Shown: piece by piece, positions 46,930 through 56,077 of the stretch
How positions within the stretch are numbered: the first letter of the stretch is position 1
Layout of the letters: every line of letters begins with the position of its first letter
Source: a virus
Virus record (IMG/VR): IMGVR_UViG_3300009506_000002
Location: 32,001 to 96,000 of that record
Strand: one strand, 5' to 3'
DNA length: 64,000 nt
The notes under the pieces: model-generated
What the model was told of the DNA's origin: nothing
Database searches by the model: none
The model's input: only the letters and a program-made list of their open reading frames with translations
Program-made: the position numbers and the translations under genes

Positions 46930-47844
46930 TTAGTCTTCTGCTGCCAGCTTACGGAAGTAATCCAGCGCTTCGTCCTCTTCACCAGGTTCAGCGCCAACCA
47001 CTGGCTCCTCTTTCGGAGTTGCGGTCTTGCTGCCTGCTGAAATACCAGCACCGTGAGGCAGATCATCTTCCTCTTCAGAAAGGTCTGCTGCGGAGCGGGT
47101 TGTTGCAGCGCTACCCAGTACGCGGTCAAGACGTGCTGAAAGATCGTCCCATGACTTGAAGCGTTCTGGTGATACGAACTCCTTCAGCGGGTGAAGCTGC
47201 TCGTAGATATCGGTGATGGTCTTGTCGTCATCAGCGATTGGTGATACTTCCTCGAACTTGGACTTGTCGTAGTTGACGTTGCCCTCGTACTTACGGATTC
47301 GCAGCATGAAGTTCGCGCCTTCAGTGAAGTCAAACGGGTTGATAGCCGGACCGTCTTCCTCAAACTCAGGGAACATGGCGTCCTTGATCTTGTCGAAGAT
47401 CTTGGCGCCGAACTTGAACAAGAAGACCTTGCCTTCGTTCTCGGGGTTCTTCGGATCCTGAATGACCAGGATGTTTGCGATGTACTGCGTACGACGCTTG
47501 CGCTTACGCGCAATTTCCTTGTCGGATTCGATTCCTGAGTTCCACAGGCGACCGTTGTCCTTACATGCAGGACAGTCATTGCCGATGGTAGTTGGGCACT
47601 CTTCGATGTACCAGCCACCGGTCTCCTTGAAGCCATGAGAGTAGACTTTCACCCAAGGTGCGTCTTCGCCCTCAGCAGGCGGCAGGAAGCGGATGACTGC
47701 AGAGCCATTCTTGTTTTCGTCGAGTTGTGGGTAGTAGAAGCGGTCGTCAGAATTGCCCGACCTTTTTGATTCGTTCTCGATTCGCTTGGCGAGATCGCCG
47801 AAAGACATGCGAGACTTTTTCCATGCTGGTTGTTTTGCTGCCAT
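46930..47844 (-). CDS. gp32: Single-stranded DNA-binding protein
   Basis: AVIRFLP, WYIEECPTT..CPAC, EGKVFLFKFG, NYDKSKF, acidic tail. Confidence 0.96.
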   Translation of the reverse strand: MAAKQPAWKKSRMSFGDLAKRIENESKRSGNSDDRFYYPQLDENKNGSAVIRFLPPAEGEDAPWVKVYSHGFKETGGWYIEECPTTIGNDCPACKDNGRLWNSGIESDKEIARKRKRRTQYIANILVIQDPKNPENEGKVFLFKFGAKIFDKIKDAMFPEFEEDGPAINPFDFTEGANFMLRIRKYEGNVNYDKSKFEEVSPIADDDKTITDIYEQLHPLKEFVSPERFKSWDDLSARLDRVLGSAATTRSAADLSEEEDDLPHGAGISAGSKTATPKEEPVVGAEPGEEDEALDYFRKLAAED

Positions 47845-47925
47845 TGATTTCTCCTGTTCTGTACAGCGCGGATTAACCGCTAGACATTGATATTATTGAT
47901 TTTTGTGGTTGTTGAGACCACTTAC

Positions 47926-47933
47926 TATTTATG
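47926..47933 (-). promoter_or_regulatory. Late promoter for gp32
   Basis: CATAAATA. Confidence 0.6.
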
Positions 47934-47940
47934 CGATCTG

Positions 47941-48552
47941 TCAGGATTTCAGGAAAATTTCTTTAACTTCATCATGGCATTTCGCTTTGTCAAGATTGAG
48001 GAATGGTGCATACTTTTTGATTTTCAGCGACCATTGCTCATAGATGTAATCGTTCTTCAACATGCGGTCAAAGCGTGCTGAAAAGCCGAGTACGGTATCC
48101 ATGATGATATAGGTTTCAAGGGTGATGTAGCGTTGAACCAACAACCTAAAGATGATTGGCTGTGATCCTTCCTTGACAACGAAGAGATCATTAAAGGTCA
48201 GGCTACGGTTTGCAAGAAAGTCCCGGATGTTTTCCATGTCCGATCTTGCAGTTGTGAATAGGCGGGACATACGTTTGCGCCATGCAAAGTAGATCTCTTC
48301 TGACTCTTGGTTGAGGGTCAGATCGCCCACCCACAAATTCTCATTTTCGACAAAATTGGCAACAAGGTACGGTATGATGTAGTCCATGTTGCGGTTTGCC
48401 AAGCGCTCGAAAAATGCCTTATCGTTGCGCTTTTCATAGGAACTGCGCTTGACCGTGGTCTTTGCGCGGTACTTGATATAGTCGTAGGATGGTGTGTTGA
48501 AGTGGCTCTTCAGCGCGACATAATGCTGAAAAACCTCAAATCCTGAAAGCAA
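47941..48552 (-). CDS. gp59: Helicase loader
   Basis: YVALKSHF..YDYIKY, KRNDKAFFERLA; upstream of gp32. Confidence 0.9.
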   Translation of the reverse strand: MLSGFEVFQHYVALKSHFNTPSYDYIKYRAKTTVKRSSYEKRNDKAFFERLANRNMDYIIPYLVANFVENENLWVGDLTLNQESEEIYFAWRKRMSRLFTTARSDMENIRDFLANRSLTFNDLFVVKEGSQPIIFRLLVQRYITLETYIIMDTVLGFSARFDRMLKNDYIYEQWSLKIKKYAPFLNLDKAKCHDEVKEIFLKS

Positions 48553-48555
48553 CTT

Positions 48556-48996
48556 CTACCCCAATAAGATTATCGGTGTGCGTGTAAATATACCACATTC
48601 GAGTACTCTTGTCAAGTCTTCATTTGAGACCATCGACACGGTATCGATTATGGCAACGTGGAATGTTGCCAAGGCTGGCATGTAGAGACGTGGCAAGCGT
48701 GAACGGAATGATCTGACATTGAACACACGTTCTTGAGAAATGCCGTACTCACGAATGTACTCGCATCTCCGGCGCTCATCGAATGCAAACAGAGCCGCAT
48801 TGTACTTTTGAGCCAGTGCCACGGCTGCGGTGGTGTGACCAGTACGACGAGACATCTGCAATCGCATGACACGGAAGTCTGTCTCGAATGCTGGCAGTGT
48901 TCTGAGGAATTCTTCAGGCAGAGAGTAGTAGCTGTCGATATGCGCTTCTGCAAGAGCAAGCATCTGATCAGTCAGCGTTGGGATTGAGAGGTTCAT
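48556..48996 (-). CDS. Degenerate P-loop protein resembling a minimal terminase ATPase core
   Basis: LQMSRRTGHTT, VAIIDT, PIILLG. Confidence 0.55.
   Translation of the reverse strand: MNLSIPTLTDQMLALAEAHIDSYYSLPEEFLRTLPAFETDFRVMRLQMSRRTGHTTAAVALAQKYNAALFAFDERRRCEYIREYGISQERVFNVRSFRSRLPRLYMPALATFHVAIIDTVSMVSNEDLTRVLECGIFTRTPIILLG
48587..48615 (-). promoter_or_regulatory. sigma70-type promoter for gp59-gp32
   Basis: TTGACA-17-TATATT. Confidence 0.65.
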
Positions 48997-49229
48997 ATCG
49001 GCAGCTCCGCAGTTGTATCTTCGTTGTGTTCTTTCCTGATTAGTTTCAGGCGTCTGGCTTCAATCGTCACTTTCTCGAGCAACGTGCCAGAGATATATGC
49101 CTTTGATGCCTCGACGTCAATGTCGTTTTGCTCACAGACAGCTTGAATGGCGTCCAGATAGGTTGTGCCACGAGCAGCCAGTTTTTCGACCTGTTCTGCG
49201 AAGTGCTGCTTTGAGAACTTAATTGGCAT
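48993..49229 (-). CDS. gp33: Late transcription coactivator
   Basis: F..QVEKL..TYLDAI..CEQNDID..L.EKV..EA. Confidence 0.85.
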   Translation of the reverse strand: MPIKFSKQHFAEQVEKLAARGTTYLDAIQAVCEQNDIDVEASKAYISGTLLEKVTIEARRLKLIRKEHNEDTTAELPI

Positions 49230-49456
49230 CAGGACTCTTTCTCTTCGAAATACTTACCGTCCAGGCCGCAGATTGATCTGCGTGCTTCGTCACAGGTCAT
49301 GAAGAGACCTTTACCAGTGACAAGGAACTGGATGTGTGCGTCACTGTACGCATCCTTGTGGATGACTTTTGGTGCAACGCACACATCCAGCCTCTTGAGG
49401 CCGTTCGCCTCTTCTTTATGATGGGTACATTTTCTACAGATTTTTGGTTCACTCAT
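49229..49456 (-). CDS. Cys-rich hypothetical protein
   Basis: CRKCTH..C..C..CG; start at ATG overlapping the upstream stop. Confidence 0.6.
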   Translation of the reverse strand: MSEPKICRKCTHHKEEANGLKRLDVCVAPKVIHKDAYSDAHIQFLVTGKGLFMTCDEARRSICGLDGKYFEEKES

Positions 49457-49782
49457 CGTAGTGGTTCTCCGAAATAGCGCGTTGCGCATTTGATAGTATG
49501 ATCGACGTTGAAGCCTTCGTCGCGCAGCCCCAGGACAATGGCATAGCGAGCAGCCCGGGCCAGCTCTTCATCATGTGAGTCGAGGTCACCGAGCCACTTC
49601 TCTTCGAAGCGATCTGCCCCAATACTTCCACCATAACCGATCGCCTCACGTGCCTTTTTACCAATGTAGAACCAAGCTGCAAAGAGCTCTCCCCGAGTGT
49701 AGTCACGATAGTTGCGCGGCTCGAAAGCTGTTCCTTCTTTGATGCGTTTGCGCTGGCGCGATGTCATCTTACTGAAATCCAT
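49453..49782 (-). CDS. Hypothetical protein
   Basis: GGGAG RBS; operon packing. Confidence 0.65.
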   Translation of the reverse strand: MDFSKMTSRQRKRIKEGTAFEPRNYRDYTRGELFAAWFYIGKKAREAIGYGGSIGADRFEEKWLGDLDSHDEELARAARYAIVLGLRDEGFNVDHTIKCATRYFGEPLR

Positions 49783-49800
49783 AATATACTCCCTTGAGGT

Positions 49801-50340
49801 TTATTCTGCGCCACCCATGAATCGCTGCATGTGCTTAGCCTGTGAGATCGCGTCATCAAGAGCGTTATGGTAGGTACCGATGCGCTCGAATACAATATCT
49901 TCAGGTGCAAGTGCCTTCAGTGTACGGTAGCAGCGGTCGTTCCAGAACTTCCATGGCTGCTCGAGGCCTACTGCGCGGTACGCATGAGACATGATTGCGT
50001 TGTCGAACGCAGCTCCATTGCCCCACAGATAAACAGCCTTGCGGCGGTTGAACCACTCGGTAAATTGCTGCATGCCTGATTTCAGGGAGACATTTGAGTT
50101 CTTGGCTTCAACCAGTACCTTGCGGGCTTCTGGTGCCTGACCCATCCACCACTCGACAGTCTTCGGGTTGATGCTCAGGCCAGCTTCAACGCAGGATTCG
50201 GTGTTGATGGTAATGTAAAAGGTTTCTCCGATCTTGTCGGAAGTCGGGTCGAACTCGACTGCACCAATTGACAGGATCGCCGCAGTGGCAACGGTGTCAA
50301 GGGTTTCCAAGTCGACCATGATATGTTTCAATGGTGGCAT
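49801..50340 (-). CDS. DEDDh 3'-5' exonuclease (DexA-like)
   Basis: MVDLETL, WGNGAAFD, HNALDDA. Confidence 0.88.
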   Translation of the reverse strand: MPPLKHIMVDLETLDTVATAAILSIGAVEFDPTSDKIGETFYITINTESCVEAGLSINPKTVEWWMGQAPEARKVLVEAKNSNVSLKSGMQQFTEWFNRRKAVYLWGNGAAFDNAIMSHAYRAVGLEQPWKFWNDRCYRTLKALAPEDIVFERIGTYHNALDDAISQAKHMQRFMGGAE

Positions 50341-50363
50341 TGATACTCCTTATTCGTTATGAC

Positions 50364-50392
50364 AGTCTACACGAAAGAGGTATAACTGTCAA
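50364..50392 (-). promoter_or_regulatory. sigma70-type promoter
   Basis: TTGACA-17-TAGACT; AAGGAG RBS. Confidence 0.8.
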
Positions 50393-50616
50393 GTATTTTC
50401 TGATACCCACCCGATGGTAGTCCATTGGTGAACTGCGGACAAGAACTCGTTGAACTCAATGCTCCACTTTTGTGGTAGGAATTTCAACGGGTAGGCTTCA
50501 TCGTCCACCCTAACGCCATGCTCAACCAAGAAGTCGATTAACTCCTTTTCAGAGTTGAAAATGGCAAACGGCCTGCCCAAGGTTCTGTGCGGGTAAACGA
50601 AAACGTCTTTCGCCAC
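50389..50616 (-). CDS. Hypothetical protein
   Basis: ORF filling the gap; stop lies in the -35 box. Confidence 0.5.
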   Translation of the reverse strand: MAKDVFVYPHRTLGRPFAIFNSEKELIDFLVEHGVRVDDEAYPLKFLPQKWSIEFNEFLSAVHQWTTIGWVSENT

Positions 50617-50640
50617 AGGCCGATGTCGCGGGGATAAAAC

Positions 50641-50898
50641 TTAATCCTGCGCGGTCGGGAAGATTGCATCGTAGTCGTCGAGCAGGTCGTTGATTTCAGC
50701 TTCGACCTCTTCCTTGTTCTGCTCGAAGTAGATCTTCGCCAGTTTGCGCAGACGTGCTGGCTTCATACCAGTTGCATCCTTCACGCGGTCGCAGATGCCC
50801 TTCTGCAGGTCCTTCTCTGCTGCAACACGAGTCAAGCTCGCATTGAACTCCTGCAGCGCGCGGCCGATGATATCCTTGTCAGCATTACATAGTGCCAT
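50641..50898 (-). CDS. dsbA: Double-stranded DNA-binding protein (T4 DsbA-like)
   Basis: 85 aa helical; KGICDRVKD..GMKPARLRKLAKIYFEQ; near gp33. Confidence 0.75.
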   Translation of the reverse strand: MALCNADKDIIGRALQEFNASLTRVAAEKDLQKGICDRVKDATGMKPARLRKLAKIYFEQNKEEVEAEINDLLDDYDAIFPTAQD

Positions 50899-51288
50899 TT
50901 AACACTCCTTTTCTTTGATGAGTTTGTATTCGTATTTGTCAAGCTGTCCTCCCCATCCAGAGAAGCAGGTCAACACCGGTATGCCGTATGACTCGACAGC
51001 TTCAATTGCAGCCCTACGCGGAGGGAGGTCGAAGCCATTTGGTAGTTTTGCAGAAGCCGGGACAACAATTTTGCAATCCCATACTCGGAACTCGCTATGA
51101 TCTATTGGCTCCTCTCCCTCTCGGAGATGTGATGCCAGATAATTGAGGATGCGAGAAGCGGGTTTCAGCCATCGGTCGAAGTTACGGTCAACAGCATTTT
51201 CGAGCCATTCACCATTTGCTCCGGTAGCTTTGTAGTGCTCGTAGGCTAGTTCACGAGCGAGACATTCTTCTTGAGTGCGATCACACAT
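50899..51288 (-). CDS. Hypothetical protein
   Basis: Start revised to ATG 51288 (GGAG RBS). Confidence 0.6.
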   Translation of the reverse strand: MCDRTQEECLARELAYEHYKATGANGEWLENAVDRNFDRWLKPASRILNYLASHLREGEEPIDHSEFRVWDCKIVVPASAKLPNGFDLPPRRAAIEAVESYGIPVLTCFSGWGGQLDKYEYKLIKEKEC

Positions 51289-51706
51289 ATCTAAACTCCA
51301 GACCTGGTACCCAGGTTTTCTTGAACGCAAGGCAGCGCTCTTCGTATGGCACAAGTCCTTCTTTGCGAATTCGGACAATCACGTCCTTCTCGCCTTCAAA
51401 GTTTTCCAGCCAGTCCCAGAAGTCGCTGACTTTGCCATGATACATTGGGAGCAGGTCAACAAACGAACCGGCCTCGCGCTTGCCAGCATGGAACTCTTCC
51501 CAATATTGATCAGTCAGCTCCCAGGCTGTGATTGATGCGCTATTGAGGAACTCGTGATCCTTGTTGTTTTCAGGGTCGAGGATTTTTGATTCGATCTCGC
51601 GCTCGTCATCATTTGAGAACACTGATTTGGTGACAGTGTATCCGTACCAGATCAGGAATGTGAGTAGCGCAAGCGCGTAGATGTCATAAGGATTAGGTGC
51701 GTTCAT
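51281..51706 (-). CDS. Hypothetical protein with N-terminal membrane anchor
   Basis: IYALALLTFLIWYGY. Confidence 0.65.
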   Translation of the reverse strand: MNAPNPYDIYALALLTFLIWYGYTVTKSVFSNDDEREIESKILDPENNKDHEFLNSASITAWELTDQYWEEFHAGKREAGSFVDLLPMYHGKVSDFWDWLENFEGEKDVIVRIRKEGLVPYEERCLAFKKTWVPGLEFRYV

Positions 51707-52088
51707 CTTTAACTTGCTCCAAAGGGTAGTACACGCCAGAAGGTCCGGTCATGTAAAAGTCTTTCCGCTGTATGCGTAAACGAAACGTATTATACAGCAT
51801 TTCTTCGGCTTTGTCAATAGCCGCCATGTGGTGATCACCTGTCTGACAATGCAGGTCATGGGTTTCATCATCCCACTCGATCAGGGTCACTGGCATGTTG
51901 CACTGCCAGTCCTCACTCCACACCTGGAAGAGTTCTATTTCTGTCCTATTCTGCGCTGTCATTCTGTCCACAGATGCATTGTGAGGGAAGGCGCCCACAG
52001 TCCCTACAGAAACCAGTAGGAGTTTCTTCGCGTTGTCTATAACCGTATGGCTCTGCACCTCGTGCAATGCGCATCTGGTTGATTGCAT
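51693..52088 (-). CDS. Hypothetical protein
   Basis: Operon packing. Confidence 0.55.
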   Translation of the reverse strand: MQSTRCALHEVQSHTVIDNAKKLLLVSVGTVGAFPHNASVDRMTAQNRTEIELFQVWSEDWQCNMPVTLIEWDDETHDLHCQTGDHHMAAIDKAEEMLYNTFRLRIQRKDFYMTGPSGVYYPLEQVKDERT

Positions 52089-52089
52089 C

Positions 52090-52269
52090 CTAGGTTGCTT
52101 CCAGCGCTTCTGGAGGAACGTCGGTCATTGGTTGAACACTTACCAACTCATCTGCTATCATCTGTGGGATAGCTTTTCGTAGACGTGCGATCTCCTCAGG
52201 ATCGATTTTGCCGTGAGGATCGAAATGGCTATATCCGCCATTGATACGATCTTCGTGGTTGTCAGCCAT
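52090..52269 (-). CDS. 59-aa protein carrying a major-capsid (Gol-region)-like peptide
   Basis: RLRKAIPQMIADELVSVQPMT versus gp23 MVRRTMPSLIAHDIVGVQPMS. Confidence 0.65.
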   Translation of the reverse strand: MADNHEDRINGGYSHFDPHGKIDPEEIARLRKAIPQMIADELVSVQPMTDVPPEALEAT

Positions 52270-52606
52270 TGAGGATCTGCACTTCGCCTTCGCGAACGTC
52301 TTCTTGATCAGTGACAACTTTCTTGCCATCAGACTCGCCGACAACTTCACGCTCGACCACCGACTTCGGACCCTTGTAGTCCTTCAGGTCTTTTGTGGTG
52401 ATGATGCCTGAACCGTGTACCATTGCGTCATCCATGTCTTTCTCCTTTTCCGTAACTTCAATCCTGAATGTTGCTCCAGGGTGAGGGTGTGGCATTGGCT
52501 CAACTCCCTCAATAATCTCCGCAAAGCTGAAAGGTTGCAGAGGAGGCATGACCCATAAATTGACAGGAGGGAAGCGTAGGTCAGGCCAGTTGATCCTTAA
52601 TCCCAC
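52262..52606 (-). CDS. Hypothetical protein with weaker capsid-like segment
   Basis: FAEIIEGVEPMPHPHPGATFRI; AAGGAG RBS. Confidence 0.55.
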   Translation of the reverse strand: MGLRINWPDLRFPPVNLWVMPPLQPFSFAEIIEGVEPMPHPHPGATFRIEVTEKEKDMDDAMVHGSGIITTKDLKDYKGPKSVVEREVVGESDGKKVVTDQEDVREGEVQILNG

Positions 52607-52830
52607 CCCTTCTCCTTTGCCAGTTTGTCAACCATATCCTGCAGGTTCTGAACCCACGAGCTTCTCATTGTGAGAATCACACCTTGAGTGCAATCCTCGA
52701 CAACTGGTTCCCATTCGAACTCCAGACCGTCTTGATCATAGCACTCTTTGAGGACTTTTGCAAGTTGTTTCTTGTCGCGTACTTTGAGCGACAGTTCCCA
52801 TCTAACCGGGCTTTCAGTGACGGGTGTCAT
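52597..52830 (-). CDS. Hypothetical protein
   Basis: GGAGAGG before ATG 52830. Confidence 0.55.
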   Translation of the reverse strand: MTPVTESPVRWELSLKVRDKKQLAKVLKECYDQDGLEFEWEPVVEDCTQGVILTMRSSWVQNLQDMVDKLAKEKGWD

Positions 52831-53140
52831 ATCCGAACCTCTCCAGAACTGTACGCGCACGCGCACGAACGGAATCGTCAGCGCTCTTGAGATAATGCGT
52901 CCACCACATTTCGTTCTTCATGTACTGCTCGAACTCCTTGGAGTCAATTGGGAACATCATTTGGAGCTTGGTTGGTGTCAGGTCATGGAGAGTACCCTCA
53001 CGCGCAATATCCCGAAGCATCTCGACCATTGCGTCATGCTCTTCCAGAATGTCAGAGACGATGCCGTCAAAGTCGTCTGCGTTTGCAGTCAAACGATCAC
53101 GGAACTTCTGTGATGGCTTAGTCGTTTGCGATGACAAGTT
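52814..53140 (-). CDS. Hypothetical protein (start uncertain)
   Basis: Open frame ...KFRDRLTANADDFDGIVSDIL...; no clear ATG. Confidence 0.45.
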   Translation of the reverse strand, partial: NLSSQTTKPSQKFRDRLTANADDFDGIVSDILEEHDAMVEMLRDIAREGTLHDLTPTKLQMMFPIDSKEFEQYMKNEMWWTHYLKSADDSVRARARTVLERFGYDTRH

Positions 53141-53324
53141 GCACCCCTTCGATCTTTCTGTTCTCTTCGAGACGCCAAACAATAGCGGTTGAGATGTGGA
53201 ACTCTTCGAGTAGCTGTATGTATTCATCCTTGGTCAACTCGATGAACTCAAGGTTCTCTGCGCCGTGGCGCTGAATCAGCTCGATGACGCGATCATAGAT
53301 GCTGTGCTTAAATCTAACTCTCAT
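53118..53324 (-). CDS. Hypothetical protein
   Basis: AGGAG-6-ATG. Confidence 0.6.
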   Translation of the reverse strand: MRVRFKHSIYDRVIELIQRHGAENLEFIELTKDEYIQLLEEFHISTAIVWRLEENRKIEGVQLVIAND

Positions 53325-53640
53325 CTTGTTCTCCTGCTTTGGCTGGGATAGAAAAGTTGTCAGCATTACGGTACACGATGACCTTGGTTATACGAATTTC
53401 CTTCTCGCGAGGTGTAAGGTTTATCTCCTCGAGTACGTAGCCATGAAAGGTTTCCATGTCCTCACATCTATGGGCTTGCGCTTCACAGCTAAAGTCCTTC
53501 TCCTGTGGATCGGTACCCAGCAAGTTGGTGACTGTCAGCGTGCCTGGGTTCCAATACTTGACATTGAAGTCGTGCGCAGTCCTACCGTTGCCATAGCGAA
53601 TTGGCAACGACAGGAACTCAGAAATATGCAAGCATGGCAT
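53314..53640 (-). CDS. Hypothetical protein
   Basis: TGATG coupling to thyA. Confidence 0.6.
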   Translation of the reverse strand: MPCLHISEFLSLPIRYGNGRTAHDFNVKYWNPGTLTVTNLLGTDPQEKDFSCEAQAHRCEDMETFHGYVLEEINLTPREKEIRITKVIVYRNADNFSIPAKAGEQDES

Positions 53641-54485
53641 CAGACGGCCACCTTGCCTGTCAGCTTCGGATGCGAATGGTAGTTGATCAGTTGGATGTCG
53701 TCGAACTTGAAGTCGTCGATCTCCTTGCAGTCCGGGTTGAGTGCAACCAGAGGGAAGTGGTGCGGCTTTCTGGTCAACTGTTCATTGATCTGCTCAATGT
53801 GGTTCTCGTAGATGTGAGTATCGCCACCTGTCCAGATCAGCTCGTGTGCTTCCAGTCCTGTAACGTGAGCCACCATCTGCAGAAGCAGAGCGTAGCTGGC
53901 AATGTTGAACGGAAGCCCTAAGAAGCTGTCTACGCTTCGCTGGTACATTTGAAGTGAAAGTTTACCATTGATGTGGAAAAACTGGTAGAACGCATGACAG
54001 GGCGGCAGAGCACACTTTCCGTTGGCGACATTGACCGAGAAGGAATCTTCATCCACTGGCAACACTTTTGGATTCCAGGCCGAGCAGATCAAACGGCGGT
54101 CGTTCGGATTTGTGCGCAGCTTGTCAATGATGTTCTGTAGCTGGTCGATGCCAGAACCATCAAAGTTGCGCCATTGCGCGCCATACACAGGACCGAGGTC
54201 GCCGTTTTCATTGGCCCACTCATTCCAGATGCGGACGCCGTTGTCCTGCAGGTACTTGATGTTCGTATTGCCCGAAATGAACCATAGCAGCTCGTGAGCA
54301 ATCGACGGGAAGTGGGTGAACTTGGTTGTCAGCAGCGGGAATCCCTCTCTGAGGTTAAACCTCATCTGGGTTCCGAAAATTGCGTAGGTGCCAACGCCAG
54401 TGCGGTTGTCTTTGTATTCACCTTCATCAAGAATTCGTCTCACGAGATTGAGGTATTGGTACTCTGGGTGTTCCTTCTGATGCAT
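53640..54485 (-). CDS. thyA: Thymidylate synthase (no intron)
   Basis: RTGVGT, ELLWF, ALPPCH, YQRSVD.FLGLPFN. Confidence 0.97.
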   Translation of the reverse strand: MHQKEHPEYQYLNLVRRILDEGEYKDNRTGVGTYAIFGTQMRFNLREGFPLLTTKFTHFPSIAHELLWFISGNTNIKYLQDNGVRIWNEWANENGDLGPVYGAQWRNFDGSGIDQLQNIIDKLRTNPNDRRLICSAWNPKVLPVDEDSFSVNVANGKCALPPCHAFYQFFHINGKLSLQMYQRSVDSFLGLPFNIASYALLLQMVAHVTGLEAHELIWTGGDTHIYENHIEQINEQLTRKPHHFPLVALNPDCKEIDDFKFDDIQLINYHSHPKLTGKVAV

Positions 54486-54496
54486 CTAGGCGCTCC

Positions 54497-54820
54497 TTAC
54501 TTGCAGTCCATTTCGTCTTTGCTGGTTGGCACGAAGCCGATCTTGTCGTATGACGCAATTCGACCCATGCCAAAGAAGCCCGACACGGAGCCTACTGCAT
54601 CAGAGTAGACCACATAGCCACCGTCTGCGGTGCGGCAACCAATTTCAACCATCTGGAAGGTCTTGTCGCCGCCGCCGGTTGAGTATTCACTCGAGACGAT
54701 CTGCTTGCAGGTTGGTGGCTGGGTGCAGGTCAGTGTGCTGGCGTGGGCCTGTGGTGCAACTGCAACCGCCATGATTGCAACGATGGAGAATGCGGCTGCT
54801 GATATGATCATTTTCTTCAT
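54497..54820 (-). CDS. Secreted/periplasmic protein with four Cys
   Basis: Signal peptide MKKMIISAAAFSIVAIMAVAVAPQAHA. Confidence 0.7.
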   Translation of the reverse strand: MKKMIISAAAFSIVAIMAVAVAPQAHASTLTCTQPPTCKQIVSSEYSTGGGDKTFQMVEIGCRTADGGYVVYSDAVGSVSGFFGMGRIASYDKIGFVPTSKDEMDCK

Positions 54821-54854
54821 CTTTTCTCTCCTTAGAGTGTGGTTTCGATGGCCT

Positions 54855-55061
54855 TCATGAAAATGTATAAAAGCAATCGAGATCTTCATCAACGTAGAAC
54901 CCTAAGCTGTCAAGCAGGGCAATCTCCTCAGATGAATATTGGTTCGGGTTACCGACGTACATGACATCGTGCTCGAAGCTGTAATCACACTTGCCTTCTT
55001 TCTCGGCGATGATTGCCAGCGCGGCGACAAGTCTTTGAATGAGTGAAAGTTCTGCACTCAT
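54855..55061 (-). CDS. Hypothetical protein
   Basis: ATGA overlap with the ligase stop. Confidence 0.6.
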   Translation of the reverse strand: MSAELSLIQRLVAALAIIAEKEGKCDYSFEHDVMYVGNPNQYSSEEIALLDSLGFYVDEDLDCFYTFS

Positions 55062-56077
55062 AGCTTGTCGGTCTCCGCGAACCAAAATACACGCGCAGAG
55101 TTGGAGATGTGCTTGCCGACATCAGCCGCTGTAAAGCCATTCTCCTCCATCAGGGCCTGCTCTTCGTCAAGGATGTCGTTGACAACCCAACGCAGGAAAT
55201 CACCTGTGTTCTTACGCTCGATCTCGATACCATGCTGGCGCATGACATCAAGACCCTGATTCAGACGATTCTTGGTGACAGTAGCAGCCACAAACTCATG
55301 GATAGAGTTCATCTTCTCTACGTCAACCGCAGCAAGCGTCTTGACCTTTGAGGAAGAGTGGCGCTCGTCCTTGACCTTGAACCAGAACTGTGGGTCACGG
55401 TAGCCGTAGGACTCACACTTCCAGACGATGCCTTCGCCGGCGCCTTCCTTGTTGAAGTGCGCGCCGACAGGGCACTGGTCACCGACCTTTTGAGTCAACT
55501 CTGCAAGCTGGGCAGTAGCCAGCTCTGGACGATTGAAGTCAATCTCAATCTTGAATGTAGGGAACTGGCGGATGTGGTAGATGCCCATATCGTTGATCTT
55601 CTGAGTCCACTCAGGATCAGAAGTGACATCCTCAATTGAAGGGTTGCTCCAAGTGTCATCATCCAGGTCGCGGTAGGCGAAGATGACGAACATCTTGTCG
55701 AGGCCTGTGATTGCCACACCCTTCTGAATGTTGCCACCGCACCACTCACCGTAGACTGCCGTGCTGTATGATGCGCCATCCTTCAGCTCTGCAGGGAGAG
55801 CATCAATGAAAGCAGCAAAGCCAGCATTGTCGTCCTCTGGAGTGATGACACGCTCACGCGACTGTGCGTGAAGGTGGCCGCCAGCATCGAAGACTACCGC
55901 AGCGTTCGTGCCGTGCAGCTTGACGCTACCCTCAAAGACGAGAGTAGGATAGTCAGATGTATGTTCGTAGATTGGATTACCTGCGGCGTCTTTGCCTTTG
56001 AAGTCATGATGGAGCTGAACAGATCTTACAACGTCACGGAACTGACGGATTTTGGGGAATTTAATCATTTGGGTCAT
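55058..56077 (-). CDS. RNA ligase (Rnl2-like nucleotidyltransferase)
   Basis: Motif I KLHGTN, YGEWCG, FVIF, GEGIVW, FKVK. Confidence 0.85.
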   Translation of the reverse strand: MTQMIKFPKIRQFRDVVRSVQLHHDFKGKDAAGNPIYEHTSDYPTLVFEGSVKLHGTNAAVVFDAGGHLHAQSRERVITPEDDNAGFAAFIDALPAELKDGASYSTAVYGEWCGGNIQKGVAITGLDKMFVIFAYRDLDDDTWSNPSIEDVTSDPEWTQKINDMGIYHIRQFPTFKIEIDFNRPELATAQLAELTQKVGDQCPVGAHFNKEGAGEGIVWKCESYGYRDPQFWFKVKDERHSSSKVKTLAAVDVEKMNSIHEFVAATVTKNRLNQGLDVMRQHGIEIERKNTGDFLRWVVNDILDEEQALMEENGFTAADVGKHISNSARVFWFAETDKL

